NCBI GenBank assembly: GCA_016873805.1
Contig: VGVZ01000014.1
Coordinates: 8,522 to 72,521 of the forward strand
Direction of reading: 5' to 3'
Origin: Ignavibacteria bacterium
Lineage (GTDB): Bacteria; Bacteroidota; Ignavibacteria; UBA10030
Length of the DNA: 64,000 nt
Each line of letters starts with the position of its first letter. Position 1 is the stretch's first letter. The position numbers were made by a program, and so were the translations under genes. Shown piece by piece: positions 43,232 through 53,424 of the stretch. Under the pieces are notes generated by a model. That model did not search any database and had not been told where the DNA came from. It saw only the letters and a program-made list of their open reading frames with translations.

Positions 43232-43765
43232 CTATTCTCTCGATAGCGTAACTAAGGGTTCACCTTTTTCAACGGCCGTCCCCGCCTTGACGTGCACTGT
43301 TTGGACCAATCCGCCTTCGGTCGTTCGGATTTCGTTCTCCATTTTCATCGCTTCGAGGACGAGCAGCGGCTGGCCAGCCTTCATGTGGTTACCGATTGAG
43401 ACGTCCACCTTGACAACAAGTCCCGGCATCGGGGCCTTGACAACTATGGTCCCGGTCGCCGACTCGCGTGCTCCCTGGAGAGATTTTTTCAAGAGCGAGG
43501 TCTCGTCATCGACGATCAGCTCATACTCCCGATCGCTGATCGTCACAAAGGTATGTCGATCTGATTCAGGCGCTGCGGCTGCGTCGTTCGATCCGCTCCT
43601 CACGAAGCCCGCGTAGTGTCTTCCATCAACGCGGATCGAAAAATGACCGCCACCGAGCTCCACAAGGTCTACCCGAACGGTCCGGCCGTCGACGACAATC
43701 GTGCCCGCTTCCGATCGGGTGATTTCGTATTTCCGATTCTTCGCAGTGACGAGGAGTGTTCTCAT
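43232..43765 (-). CDS. accB: Biotin carboxyl carrier protein (biotinyl domain)
   Basis: C-terminal biotinylation motif EAMKMENEI. Start chosen at ATG 43765, forming an ATGA overlap with the upstream biotin carboxylase stop. Confidence 0.7.
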   Translation of the reverse strand: MRTLLVTAKNRKYEITRSEAGTIVVDGRTVRVDLVELGGGHFSIRVDGRHYAGFVRSGSNDAAAAPESDRHTFVTISDREYELIVDDETSLLKKSLQGARESATGTIVVKAPMPGLVVKVDVSIGNHMKAGQPLLVLEAMKMENEIRTTEGGLVQTVHVKAGTAVEKGEPLVTLSRE

Positions 43766-45282
43766 GATGCACGATACGTTCGAAGACGCTCCTGCTTCCA
43801 TTGACTGTCGCTTCCCGGTCGCTTCGCGGTTGCCGCCAACTGATCTCCGAGGGTACCCGAACCGCGGAGGAGCGCGGCAACAATAGCCGCAGCCTCCTCT
43901 TCATCCGCCGGGCCGCTGGTCAACGACTCTGGACTGAACTGGGTCTGAACGAAATGGGTATCGTAGTTGCCCGATTGAAATTGGGCGTTCTTCAGGACGA
44001 ATGTGCAGAAGGGAATGGTGGTTTTGATCCCAACAACCCGAAATTCCTGTAACGCCCGCAGCATCGTCTGAATCGCGTCGGACCGGGACTGACTCCAGGC
44101 AATCACCTTGGCAAGCATGGGATCGTAGTATACCTGCACTGTATCACCGCGCCGTACACCATTGTCCACGCGAACACAGGGTCCTTCCGGTGGAGCATAG
44201 TGAACGATTCGCCCGGTGCTCGGCAGGAAGTTGTTTTCCGGATCTTCGGCATAGATTCGGCATTCGATCGCATGACCGTCGGGTTGAACCTGCGACTGCG
44301 AGAACGAAAGCGGCTGACCGCTTGCGACTCGGATCTGCTCTTTGACAAGGTCGATCCCTGTGGTCGCCTCGGTTACAGGATGCTCGACCTGCAGTCGGGT
44401 GTTCACCTCAAGGAAGAAGAAGTTTCGGTCAGGATCGACGAGAAACTCCACGGTGCCGGCGTTCCAGTACCCCGCCGACGACGCAAGTCTCACCGCCGAT
44501 TCTCCCATCTGTGCTCTCAATTCCGGCGTCATGATCGGTGACGGCGACTCCTCAATGACCTTCTGGTGCCGCCGCTGAACGGAGCAATCCCTCTCCCCGA
44601 GATAGACGACTGTCCCACTTTGATCACCGATGATTTGGATTTCCACGTGTCGAGGCTGCTGGACGTATTTCTCCAGATAGACGCGGTCGTCACCAAACGC
44701 CCCTTTCGCTTCAGATCTCGCCGCCCGCAACGAACTGGCGAATTCTTCGCGTGACCAGACCACTCTCATCCCTTTGCCGCCCCCTCCTGCTGCAGCTTTG
44801 AGAAGCACGGGATACCCCAGTTCTTCGGCAATCTGGATCGCCGCTGCATCAGACTGGATGGCGTCGGTCGTACCGGCGACTGTCGGAACACCGAGCTTCC
44901 GGGCGAGCGTTCGTGCAGCTGTCTTGTCCCCCAAGAGCCTGATCGCACTCGAGGGGGGTCCGATGAAGGAGAGCCCCGCACGCTCAACTTTTTCGGCAAA
45001 TCCCGGATTTTCGGAGAGGAAGCCGTACCCCGGATGAATGGCATCAACAGCACTTGTCCCGGCAATTTCCAGAATTTTGTCCTGATTGAGGTAACTCTCG
45101 CTTGCTTTGACACCGCCCAACGGATATGCCTCGTCGGCCAGTTGCACGTGAAGCGCCGTTCGATCGACGTCGGAATAGACCGCCACCACAGCTATTCCGA
45201 GTTCGCGGCATGCCCGCATGATTCGCACGGCAATTTCACCGCGATTTGCAACCAGTACTTTTCGGATCGATGACTTCTTCAT
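43762..45282 (-). CDS. accC: Biotin carboxylase (acetyl/acyl-CoA or pyruvate carboxylase BC subunit) with ~55 aa C-terminal extension
   Basis: ATP-grasp BC-domain motifs (KVLVANRGEIAVRI, GGGGKGMR, EMNTR-like). Confidence 0.85.
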   Translation of the reverse strand: MKKSSIRKVLVANRGEIAVRIMRACRELGIAVVAVYSDVDRTALHVQLADEAYPLGGVKASESYLNQDKILEIAGTSAVDAIHPGYGFLSENPGFAEKVERAGLSFIGPPSSAIRLLGDKTAARTLARKLGVPTVAGTTDAIQSDAAAIQIAEELGYPVLLKAAAGGGGKGMRVVWSREEFASSLRAARSEAKGAFGDDRVYLEKYVQQPRHVEIQIIGDQSGTVVYLGERDCSVQRRHQKVIEESPSPIMTPELRAQMGESAVRLASSAGYWNAGTVEFLVDPDRNFFFLEVNTRLQVEHPVTEATTGIDLVKEQIRVASGQPLSFSQSQVQPDGHAIECRIYAEDPENNFLPSTGRIVHYAPPEGPCVRVDNGVRRGDTVQVYYDPMLAKVIAWSQSRSDAIQTMLRALQEFRVVGIKTTIPFCTFVLKNAQFQSGNYDTHFVQTQFSPESLTSGPADEEEAAAIVAALLRGSGTLGDQLAATAKRPGSDSQWKQERLRTYRAS

Positions 45283-45290
45283 TCACATGC

Positions 45291-47636
45291 CTATTTGTCG
45301 TGAAGTTCTACCACAGTCACACCGCTCCCTCCTTCGTTCCATTCCCCCAGCCGGAACGATCGGACGTATCGATACTGTTGCAGCAGTTCCGCGATTCTCT
45401 TGCGCAGAGTCCCCGTCCCCTTTCCATGGATGATGCTCACCTTCCTCAATCCCGAGACATAGGCGTCGTCGATAAAATGTTCGACTTTCTGGACTGCCTC
45501 GTCTCCTGTCATCCCTCGCAAGTCGATTTCGGACTGAGCCTGAAGGGGTAGGTCGAACACCGATCGCCGGTCTGTCTCTGCTTTTTTCTTGTCGGTTTTC
45601 TGAAGCGTTGATACTCGAACCCGGAGGATCCCGTGGCGCCAGAGGACAGTCGCATGGTTTCCCTTGATTTCTGAAATTTCCCCCACTTCCGTAGAGCCGG
45701 GCATCAGCACGAAATCTCCCACCTGCAGAGCCGCGTCCGATCTGGGGGCCATTTGCTCCTGTTCGGTCTGCAACTGCTCGCGTGTCTGTTGAATTGCCGC
45801 TTTGGCCTGTTTGATAGAGATTGAGGTGGCCCGCTGTTCCTTGATTTCCTTCACAACCTTCTCGACGGTGACTTGCGCGCGGGCGACAATATCCTCTGCC
45901 TTCCTCATTGCTTCCCGCTGAATCTCCTTCGTCTCCTTCCGCACCTCGTCCATCTTCTTCTGATATTCCTGCAGCAGCGCCGTGGTTTGCGATCGTTCTT
46001 TGGCCAGGGCGCTCAACTGCTGATCATACTTCTGCGACCGCCTCGCGAGATCGAGGAGGAGTTCTTCGAGATTGACTTTTTCGGCCCCAAGATAACTTTT
46101 GGCTCGATGAACGGTTTGTGACGGCAATCCCATCCTCTCCGCAAGTTCGATGGCATAACTGCTTCCGGGTATTCCCGCGACAAATCGATACGTCGGCCGC
46201 AAATGCTGCTGATCGAATTCCATCGAGCCGTTCATCATCCCCTCTGCCTGGTGGACAAACGCTTTGAGCATGCCGAGATGCGTTGTCGAGACTGTGATGG
46301 AACCCCGCTGTCCGAGTTCTGTGAGGATGGAGATCGCCAGCGCTCCCCCCTCCTCAGGATCCGTCCCCGCTCCGATCTCATCCATAAGCACAAGGGATTT
46401 TCCTGAGGCGTTTTGGACGATATCGCGAAGGTTGACCAGGTGAGAGCTATACGTGCTGAGATCGTGTTCAATAGACTGATCGTCTCCGATATCGACGAAG
46501 ATGTCGTCGAAGATGCAGAATTCGCTTGCGTCGCTCGCGGAAATATGGATGCCGGCCTGGACACAGAGTGCGAGGAGTCCGATGGTCTTGAGGGCGACAC
46601 TTTTCCCGCCGGCGTTCGGCCCGGTGATAACCAGCGATCGGACATTGCCTCCGAGCGAAACGTTGAGCGGAACGACCTCATCACGCCGGTGACGCATGAG
46701 AAGACCGGGGTGACGCGCATCGACGAGTTGAAGACGCACATCGTTGACAACCACCGGTGCACAGCCGATCAACTCGACTGAATACTTCGCCCTCGCAAAG
46801 ATCACGTCGAGGTCCGAGAGAGCGCCAAGCGCCACCTGGAGGGGAGGTCCGATTTCCCTCACCTGCTCGGTGAGCTCACGCAAGATGCGATCGATTTCCC
46901 GCTGTTCCTCGATGTGGAGTTCCCGGAGGCGATTGTTGAGCTCGAGCGTTTCCGCAGGTTCAATAAACGTCGTCGCTCCGCTTGCTGACGTCGAGTGAAT
47001 GAATCCCGGAACATTCCTCTTGAATTCGGTTTTCACCGGGATGACCATTCTGCCGTCTCGCGTCGTAACGATCTCCTCCTGCAAAAACTCCATCTCCGAA
47101 ACACGTTTCAGTATGGCGGCAAGACGATCTCTCAGTTGAGAGCTGACGTCGACGATTTCTCTGCGGATCGTTCTCAGCTGCTTGCTCGCGGAGTCCCGGA
47201 CCCGCGCGTGCTCGTCGATGGCCTGACTGATATTGTACTCGATCACCTTGTCCACGAGGAGGCTATTCTGAAGATCCTGGAGAGACGTGCGCTCCGGCCG
47301 TTTCTTTCCCAGGTACGTCTTCATCAGCCGGCTCGCCTGTAACGTCGAGCAGATATTGAGAAGCTCCTCTGCGGAAAGCACGGCGTTGGCGATAGAGGTT
47401 TTCTTCAACTGAGGAGTGATATTCTTCACCCCATCGAGCGGGACGCCCCCCTCCTGGATCAAGAGTTCCTTCGCGTCGGTGACTTTTTGAAGTTCTGCGA
47501 CGACGTCGTCGGGTGATCCCTTGGGGAAGAGTTGGTGGGCGCGTTCACGTCCCGGATCCGAACTGGCGAGCTGCGAAATCCGGTGAAGAATGCGGTCGAA
47601 TTCGAGTTTCTTTATTGCGGATTGAAACGGAGGCAT
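45291..47636 (-). CDS. mutS2: Endonuclease MutS2 (MutS domain V plus C-terminal Smr)
   Basis: Walker A GPNAGGKS and a C-terminal Smr domain (DLRGM...). Confidence 0.9.
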   Translation of the reverse strand: MPPFQSAIKKLEFDRILHRISQLASSDPGRERAHQLFPKGSPDDVVAELQKVTDAKELLIQEGGVPLDGVKNITPQLKKTSIANAVLSAEELLNICSTLQASRLMKTYLGKKRPERTSLQDLQNSLLVDKVIEYNISQAIDEHARVRDSASKQLRTIRREIVDVSSQLRDRLAAILKRVSEMEFLQEEIVTTRDGRMVIPVKTEFKRNVPGFIHSTSASGATTFIEPAETLELNNRLRELHIEEQREIDRILRELTEQVREIGPPLQVALGALSDLDVIFARAKYSVELIGCAPVVVNDVRLQLVDARHPGLLMRHRRDEVVPLNVSLGGNVRSLVITGPNAGGKSVALKTIGLLALCVQAGIHISASDASEFCIFDDIFVDIGDDQSIEHDLSTYSSHLVNLRDIVQNASGKSLVLMDEIGAGTDPEEGGALAISILTELGQRGSITVSTTHLGMLKAFVHQAEGMMNGSMEFDQQHLRPTYRFVAGIPGSSYAIELAERMGLPSQTVHRAKSYLGAEKVNLEELLLDLARRSQKYDQQLSALAKERSQTTALLQEYQKKMDEVRKETKEIQREAMRKAEDIVARAQVTVEKVVKEIKEQRATSISIKQAKAAIQQTREQLQTEQEQMAPRSDAALQVGDFVLMPGSTEVGEISEIKGNHATVLWRHGILRVRVSTLQKTDKKKAETDRRSVFDLPLQAQSEIDLRGMTGDEAVQKVEHFIDDAYVSGLRKVSIIHGKGTGTLRKRIAELLQQYRYVRSFRLGEWNEGGSGVTVVELHDK

Positions 47637-47717
47637 TATCGTCTCTTCACCGGCACCGGCGGGATTCCTGATCGCGATTCACACACACGGGCATGACGGG
47701 CAACAAGAACGTCAGCG

Positions 47718-48236
47718 CTACGGTTTCGGTGCCTGAGGTTTCGTCATTTCATCGATGCGTTCACGCGCCTCGGGACCCATCGTGGAGAGAAAGTCCATGA
47801 TTTGTGGGGCGATGTTCACAATCGGTTTGTAGAGTCGCGAATCCGTTTTCGTCTGGCGTGACGGAAATTCGGCCGTGGTGAAGACCATCAGCAGAACGCT
47901 CACGATGAGCATCCCCTGGAAGAGACCCAGCACGCTTCCGAGAATACGATCCGCGATCCCACCGATTTTGAAGTTGCGCGTCAGGAGGCGGTACAGGAGA
48001 GACTGGATGAAGATGATTCCGAAGAAGACGGCCAGAAAGCCGATGCTGGGAATCACACTGAGCTCCATGCTCAGAAGTCCTGCCAGGAAGTTTCCCACGT
48101 CGCTGCGAAATTCTTGGGCGACGTACATGGCGACGACAGCCGTGACAATACCGACAATCTTTCGCACCATCCCATCGCGAAACCCAAGCAACGCCAGGAG
48201 AATGAGAGGAGCGACGAGAACAAGGTCAAGTCCCAT
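47718..48236 (-). CDS. cvpA: CvpA-family membrane protein
   Basis: Four TM segments, CvpA-like. Confidence 0.65.
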   Translation of the reverse strand: MGLDLVLVAPLILLALLGFRDGMVRKIVGIVTAVVAMYVAQEFRSDVGNFLAGLLSMELSVIPSIGFLAVFFGIIFIQSLLYRLLTRNFKIGGIADRILGSVLGLFQGMLIVSVLLMVFTTAEFPSRQTKTDSRLYKPIVNIAPQIMDFLSTMGPEARERIDEMTKPQAPKP

Positions 48237-48238
48237 TG

Positions 48239-48751
48239 CTATCCACCGAGGTGTTTTCGAACCAGATCTTGAACAACTTTGCCGTCGATCTTTCCCTTCA
48301 GTTCTTTCATGGCGGCGCTCATCACTTTGCCAAAATCCATTGACGATGAAGCTCCGGTCTGCGTAATGACGGTTCTGATGACGGCTTCTGCTTCTTCCGC
48401 ATTGAGCTGTGGGGGAAGATACGCAGAAATGATTTCGATTTCCTGTTTCTCTTTGGCGGCAAGATCGGCGCGTCCCCCCTTTTCAAACATCTCGATCGCC
48501 TCTTTTCGCTTCTTGATCGCGGTCATAAGGACGGCGATTTCCTCGTCAGGCGTTATTCCCTTGTCGGACCCCCGTTTCGCGAGTTCAAGGAACTGGGCTC
48601 TCAAGGTCCGTAAAGTCTCCAGTCGAAGGGTTTGTCTCCCCTTCATCGCCGCCTTGAGATCTTCTTGAATGCTGGTCTGAATGCTCATCGCGTTCTGTCT
48701 TTCAAAACGGAACGAGGCAAGCAGGAGTGTGCTTGCCTCGTCGTGCGTCAA
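48239..48751 (-). CDS. GatB/YqeY domain protein
   Basis: YqeY-like helical protein (~150-170 aa, Lys/Glu-rich). Confidence 0.7.
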   Translation of the reverse strand: MTHDEASTLLLASFRFERQNAMSIQTSIQEDLKAAMKGRQTLRLETLRTLRAQFLELAKRGSDKGITPDEEIAVLMTAIKKRKEAIEMFEKGGRADLAAKEKQEIEIISAYLPPQLNAEEAEAVIRTVITQTGASSSMDFGKVMSAAMKELKGKIDGKVVQDLVRKHLGG

Positions 48752-48779
48752 TCCGAATTCATTGATGCCGAACAGACAA

Positions 48780-49193
48780 CTACAACTTCATCAGCGTGGA
48801 ATAGTTGATCCGCAACGCATCACCTTTTCGGAGCTGCTGCTGGATGTCGGTCACGATTCCCATCTTCGAACCCTCGTCGATTCTGAGGGACATGATTACG
48901 TTGGGAATCACCTGCCGCTTCCGAGCCGCCAAGTTTTGAATCTCCGGGATAAGCACGAGATTGTCATCAACCTGCACCCGACCGTCGCGTCCGACCCAGA
49001 TGTAGCTCACGATCCGTTTGTTGTCGATCTTTTCGATCTGTTTGGCTGCCGGGAGCGTAAATTGAACCTTGACGTCAAATTCCCGCAGTACCGTCGAGAC
49101 CATGAAGAAGATCAACAGCATGAAGATGATGTCCGGAAGCGACGCGGTTGGGACCGACTGCTTCGTTGAAGCTTGTTTTTTCTTGAATTTCAT
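48780..49193 (-). CDS. exbD: ExbD/TolR biopolymer transport protein
   Basis: Single N-terminal TM (PDIIFMLLIFFMV) and an ExbD periplasmic domain. Confidence 0.8.
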   Translation of the reverse strand: MKFKKKQASTKQSVPTASLPDIIFMLLIFFMVSTVLREFDVKVQFTLPAAKQIEKIDNKRIVSYIWVGRDGRVQVDDNLVLIPEIQNLAARKRQVIPNVIMSLRIDEGSKMGIVTDIQQQLRKGDALRINYSTLMKL

Positions 49194-49202
49194 GTCACTG
49201 TC

Positions 49203-49709
49203 CTAACGAGTTCGTTCAGGTTCAGCGATCGAGATACTTTGCTTCACAGCCTCTCGAACCTCATCCATTTGCGCCTTGGTCAGGTTCCTCAAAGGCAGGT
49301 TGAACGTCTCCATCGCATATTCTTCCCGAAGGATATTGTACGCCTGTTTGATTTCATCGAGCGCGGCAATGTATACACGATATGGTGTCTCACGGTCCAC
49401 CTTGATCGAGACGATCAGCTTCTTGTTCAGGCGGAGCTTGTTCGCCACGATCTCATGGATCTGTTGGACCGATGTCACCTCGTCATCGAGAAGGACGTCA
49501 CCGGCGGCGTTCACGAGAACGCGGATAAGGCTCTGGGTCTTGACCTTCACAATTTCCGTGTCTTCAACCGGCGGCGGAAGCACAAGGCCGATACCGGTAT
49601 CGACATCGATGGTGGTCGTCACCAGGAAGAAAAGGAGCAGAAGAAATGAGATATCGGCCATCGAACTCGTTGGGATCTCAACATCCCTGCTGGCTCGCTT
49701 GCGAATCAT
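49203..49709 (-). CDS. exbD: ExbD/TolR biopolymer transport protein (second copy)
   Basis: ADISFLLLLFFLV TM and an ExbD domain. Confidence 0.8.
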   Translation of the reverse strand: MIRKRASRDVEIPTSSMADISFLLLLFFLVTTTIDVDTGIGLVLPPPVEDTEIVKVKTQSLIRVLVNAAGDVLLDDEVTSVQQIHEIVANKLRLNKKLIVSIKVDRETPYRVYIAALDEIKQAYNILREEYAMETFNLPLRNLTKAQMDEVREAVKQSISIAEPERTR

Positions 49710-49742
49710 ACGTTTGACACCTTTCTCTCGGCGTGCGCCGCG

Positions 49743-50453
49743 TTACTTCTTGTCCGTTGGCTTGGTGGTTTTCTTGCCGGCCTTAATAAGAACGAGGGCG
49801 TCGATCAATTCGATCGAACTTTCTTCCATGTCAATCACGAGCCGGTCGATGCGCGAAACGAAGTAGTTGTAGAGCACCTGAAGAAGAATTGCGCACACGA
49901 GACCAAAGAGCGTTGTCAACAGAGCGATCGAAATTCCACCGGCAACGATTTCCGGAGAGATGTTCTTCGCCTCTTTGATTGCGTCGAAGGCCTCGATCAT
50001 TCCCTGCACGGTTCCCGTAAACCCGAGCAACGGCGCGATAGAAATCGCCAGCGAAATCCAGACGAGTCCTCGCTCCAAGAAAGCCATTTCGATTGCGCCG
50101 AAACTGATAATCGCCTTCTCGGCTGCATCGATACCTTCATCCGCGCGCATCAGCCCCGCCTGGAACACGCTCGCAATCGATCCGCGGCTGTTCGCACAGA
50201 CATCAAGCGCGGCAGGAACCCCACCTTCATCCAACGCCTTCTTGACCGATACCAAAAACTTTCGTGTGTTGACGGACGCCCGATTAAGCGTCCACAATCG
50301 CTCGATGGAGAACGCAAGACCAAAAATCAACGTCGCAAGAATGGGGTGCATGAACGCGCCGCCATCGACATACTTTTCCTGAAGCCAGTTGAGAATCCCT
50401 TCGTTCCCTGCCACGGCTTGTTGAAAGAAGGTGATGAAACCTGCCAAGTCCAT
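49743..50453 (-). CDS. exbB: MotA/TolQ/ExbB proton-channel protein
   Basis: Three TM segments and the conserved C-terminal channel region. Confidence 0.85.
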   Translation of the reverse strand: MDLAGFITFFQQAVAGNEGILNWLQEKYVDGGAFMHPILATLIFGLAFSIERLWTLNRASVNTRKFLVSVKKALDEGGVPAALDVCANSRGSIASVFQAGLMRADEGIDAAEKAIISFGAIEMAFLERGLVWISLAISIAPLLGFTGTVQGMIEAFDAIKEAKNISPEIVAGGISIALLTTLFGLVCAILLQVLYNYFVSRIDRLVIDMEESSIELIDALVLIKAGKKTTKPTDKK

Positions 50454-50638
50454 TAAGATTTCCTCCTGACAAAGATGTAATGAATTCGGACGCCGTCCTG
50501 AATAAGGCGAACTAGTATATCAAAAGAAGGCCTTAAAGTCAATCCAATTTTCGAGCTTTGGCCCATCCCCCCTCCCCGCACACCGCACCCCACCGGTCTC
50601 GCTGCCGTCTATCTCGCGGTCCTTCAGGCGCACTTCCG

Positions 50639-52906
50639 CTAGTTAAAGACTGCGATCGGCAGATGGGTGCGAACGATAATGTTCCGACCGGGATTTGAGA
50701 CACCAAACGGCTTCAAGCGGCTCAGATGATCGGTGTACCGTACATCCAAGGCGTTCTCGACCGCAAGAGATACCGCAAGGACCGAAGAACCCAGCGTGAA
50801 CTGGGCCCCCGCGTGCACCCCGAGAAGGAAATATCCCTCGCTTGGGCTTTCTCCTTCGGCGACCCTGCTCTGGGGAAACGCCCTGGTCAGCTGGAATCCC
50901 ACATAGGGGCGACCGAACACCCCCATCGAGTCCCCCAATCCTGTGAGGCCAAGTCTGATCGAGGCCGGGGGAATGAACGGGAGAGAATGTGAACGATCGA
51001 GATTCTTTCCGATCGTGATATCACCTGTGAGGTCGCCTCGTAGCCACGGCAGGATTTCCGATTCCAATGAGACCTCGAGGCCGTGAATCTGAGCCCGTTG
51101 CGCCGATCGGTACTCCTTGATCGGATACCCCGTTTCGGCATCGAGCACGCCGGTGGGCGACGGATACATGTAGTCGAAAATCAGGTTTACGTATCCGGTG
51201 ATCTCAGCTTTGGTTTTGGCGGACGAATAGCGGAGGGAGATATCATGACTCGTCGAAAGTTCCGGCTGGAGATCCTCCTTGCCGACATAGTACGTCGATG
51301 TTCCGTGATGCACCCCATCGGCATAGAGTTCGAATGGGATGGGAGCTCGCCAGCCGCGTGCGACACCGAACACCGCGGAAAAATTTGGCTGGACAAGCCA
51401 GGAGAATCCGACGGAGACTGAGAGCGCGCGAAACTTATGTCTGCCGTCGACTCCGGGAAAGGACCCGTTGTCCCGCGCCATCAACCTCCGAAAATCGTAT
51501 CGCAATCCACCCGAAAGCGTGAAGTTGTCAAGCAGCAATTCCTCGAAGACGAAGAGGGCAAGATCGTTCATCTCTGAATTCGGGACGAGCTTGTCCTCCC
51601 CCTTCGATACCACGTCCTGATGGAGATAGGAGAATCCCAGTGTCCCGGTGAATTTCCAGAACGGGCGGTGGTGTCCTTTGAGATCAAACTCATAGGTATT
51701 CGTCCGGAGCTGAATCGCCGGTTCGCCACCATGCGCATGTCCGGACTCTTCTTCTTTTTCAAATTCCTCCCGAATATTTGTCTGGGCGGCAACGTGTCCC
51801 ACAAGCCGCACTCCTTCGAGGATGACGCTGGACTGGATGTTCCACCGCAAATGCTCGATCGCCTGATTCCCCCCACCATGCTCATCATTCGCGTCGGGCG
51901 CGTCGGGTTGGTAGATGTCCAACTCGGACGCGAATCGGTCCAGTGCCCCTTCGACATACCAATTGTCCGCATGATACCCAAGCGCTATCGCTCCGTTGAG
52001 TTCGTGGAAAGATGTTCCCTCTACAAGACCGTCAGCGGATCGATAATTTCCCGCATCTCGCAGTGAGAGATTCGCTTGATATCCAAGCTTCCCTTCTGAT
52101 CCCTTCAATCCTGCACTTCCGCTCCCCTGTCGATTGTTCGAAAAGTAGTTCATAGCAAGACTCGCCTGGAGCGAGCGGGAGCCCTCGGGACTCGCAGGGA
52201 CGTGCGGCGATATCACATTGACCACGCCCCCCAGCGCATCCGAACCATACAAGAGGCTGCCGGGTCCCCGCACAACTTCCACGCGTTCAACGTGGAAGAT
52301 GTCGATTTCGGGAGCATGTTCATCCCCCCATTGCTGGCCTTCTTGTCGGATACCATCCTTCATCACGAGGACGCGCGGACCGGCAAGTCCCCTGATGACC
52401 GGCTTGGCGATCGAGACGCCCGTGCTCAGTCCGTGAACTCCCGGAAGATGGGAGATCGATTCAGTAAGAGTCTGCGATCGTTTCTTCAGCAATTCTGTCT
52501 CGTCGAGAACCGAGGTCGATTGGGTCGAAAGGAGCAGCTCCCGTGCCTGAGGTCTGGATGTGACCGTGACGGTTGGAAACGACAGAACGCTGGAATAGAG
52601 CCGGACAGAGATGTCGACGTCCCGATCGTCGAGAATGACCGTCCGGCTTTCCGGCGCGTATCCAAGAAAACTGAATGTGATGGTGTACGCTCCCTCATGC
52701 AGCCGATCAATGATGAACTTCCCATCGATATCGGTGGAGGTTCCGCGTTTCAGCGATGGGATCAGAATATTGACTCCCGGGAGCGGCTCTCCCGTCGAAC
52801 CATCGGTCACCGTGCCGGTGATCCTACCGATGAAGAACGGAGGCCCCTCAGCCCGCGCGTACCAGGCCAGGACTACAAGCAGAACAAGGAGTGAGATTTT
52901 TTGCAT
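50639..52906 (-). CDS. TonB-dependent receptor with N-terminal carboxypeptidase-regulatory-like domain
   Basis: Signal peptide, CarbopepD_reg-like domain (GTVTDGSTGEPLPGVNILIP), plug and 22-strand barrel. Confidence 0.85.
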   Translation of the reverse strand: MQKISLLVLLVVLAWYARAEGPPFFIGRITGTVTDGSTGEPLPGVNILIPSLKRGTSTDIDGKFIIDRLHEGAYTITFSFLGYAPESRTVILDDRDVDISVRLYSSVLSFPTVTVTSRPQARELLLSTQSTSVLDETELLKKRSQTLTESISHLPGVHGLSTGVSIAKPVIRGLAGPRVLVMKDGIRQEGQQWGDEHAPEIDIFHVERVEVVRGPGSLLYGSDALGGVVNVISPHVPASPEGSRSLQASLAMNYFSNNRQGSGSAGLKGSEGKLGYQANLSLRDAGNYRSADGLVEGTSFHELNGAIALGYHADNWYVEGALDRFASELDIYQPDAPDANDEHGGGNQAIEHLRWNIQSSVILEGVRLVGHVAAQTNIREEFEKEEESGHAHGGEPAIQLRTNTYEFDLKGHHRPFWKFTGTLGFSYLHQDVVSKGEDKLVPNSEMNDLALFVFEELLLDNFTLSGGLRYDFRRLMARDNGSFPGVDGRHKFRALSVSVGFSWLVQPNFSAVFGVARGWRAPIPFELYADGVHHGTSTYYVGKEDLQPELSTSHDISLRYSSAKTKAEITGYVNLIFDYMYPSPTGVLDAETGYPIKEYRSAQRAQIHGLEVSLESEILPWLRGDLTGDITIGKNLDRSHSLPFIPPASIRLGLTGLGDSMGVFGRPYVGFQLTRAFPQSRVAEGESPSEGYFLLGVHAGAQFTLGSSVLAVSLAVENALDVRYTDHLSRLKPFGVSNPGRNIIVRTHLPIAVFN

Positions 52907-52975
52907 GCCGATTCCTTCGGTTTACTGATCATGGGCGCGATGCGAAGCGGTCGCGCAAGAACTCGTGATGCAGGA

Positions 52976-53326
52976 TCAGGACGAAAGAACGGGGGGACCG
53001 CGGGGATAGATGAGATTAGTGTCGGTGACACGTGGTTTCCCGACGGAGGGATGCCGGACAATTGATACAAGTTCACTGGGCCGCTGCGGTTCAAGAAGGA
53101 CGACGGCCTCCCCGGTGCCTGCAAGCCGTGAGCACGCCAGACAGTGACCGCTCCCCATGAGCGGACGGTGGAATTCCACGTTGCCGCAATCGTGGCTATG
53201 AAGGGCATCGGCGCTGGACCACGCACTGTGGAGAATCGCATGGTCAAGCGTGAAATCGGGCTGTGCCGATTGGACTATCGCAAAAAAAAGGATAAGATAA
53301 AGGTGTGTCAGTCGTGAGAAACGCAT
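52976..53326 (-). CDS. Hypothetical secreted Cys/His-containing small protein upstream of the TonB-dependent receptor
   Basis: Signal peptide plus HSHDCGN and HCLACS motifs; possibly a metal-related accessory protein. Confidence 0.35.
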   Translation of the reverse strand: MRFSRLTHLYLILFFAIVQSAQPDFTLDHAILHSAWSSADALHSHDCGNVEFHRPLMGSGHCLACSRLAGTGEAVVLLEPQRPSELVSIVRHPSVGKPRVTDTNLIYPRGPPVLSS

Positions 53327-53424
53327 GCCTAAAAATATGGAATTGGAACGATAGTCACAATCGCGTTTGTTTGACCGTTAGCCGTGCCGAAACATTTCAA
53401 CTTATTATTCCTTCAGGAGGTTCC

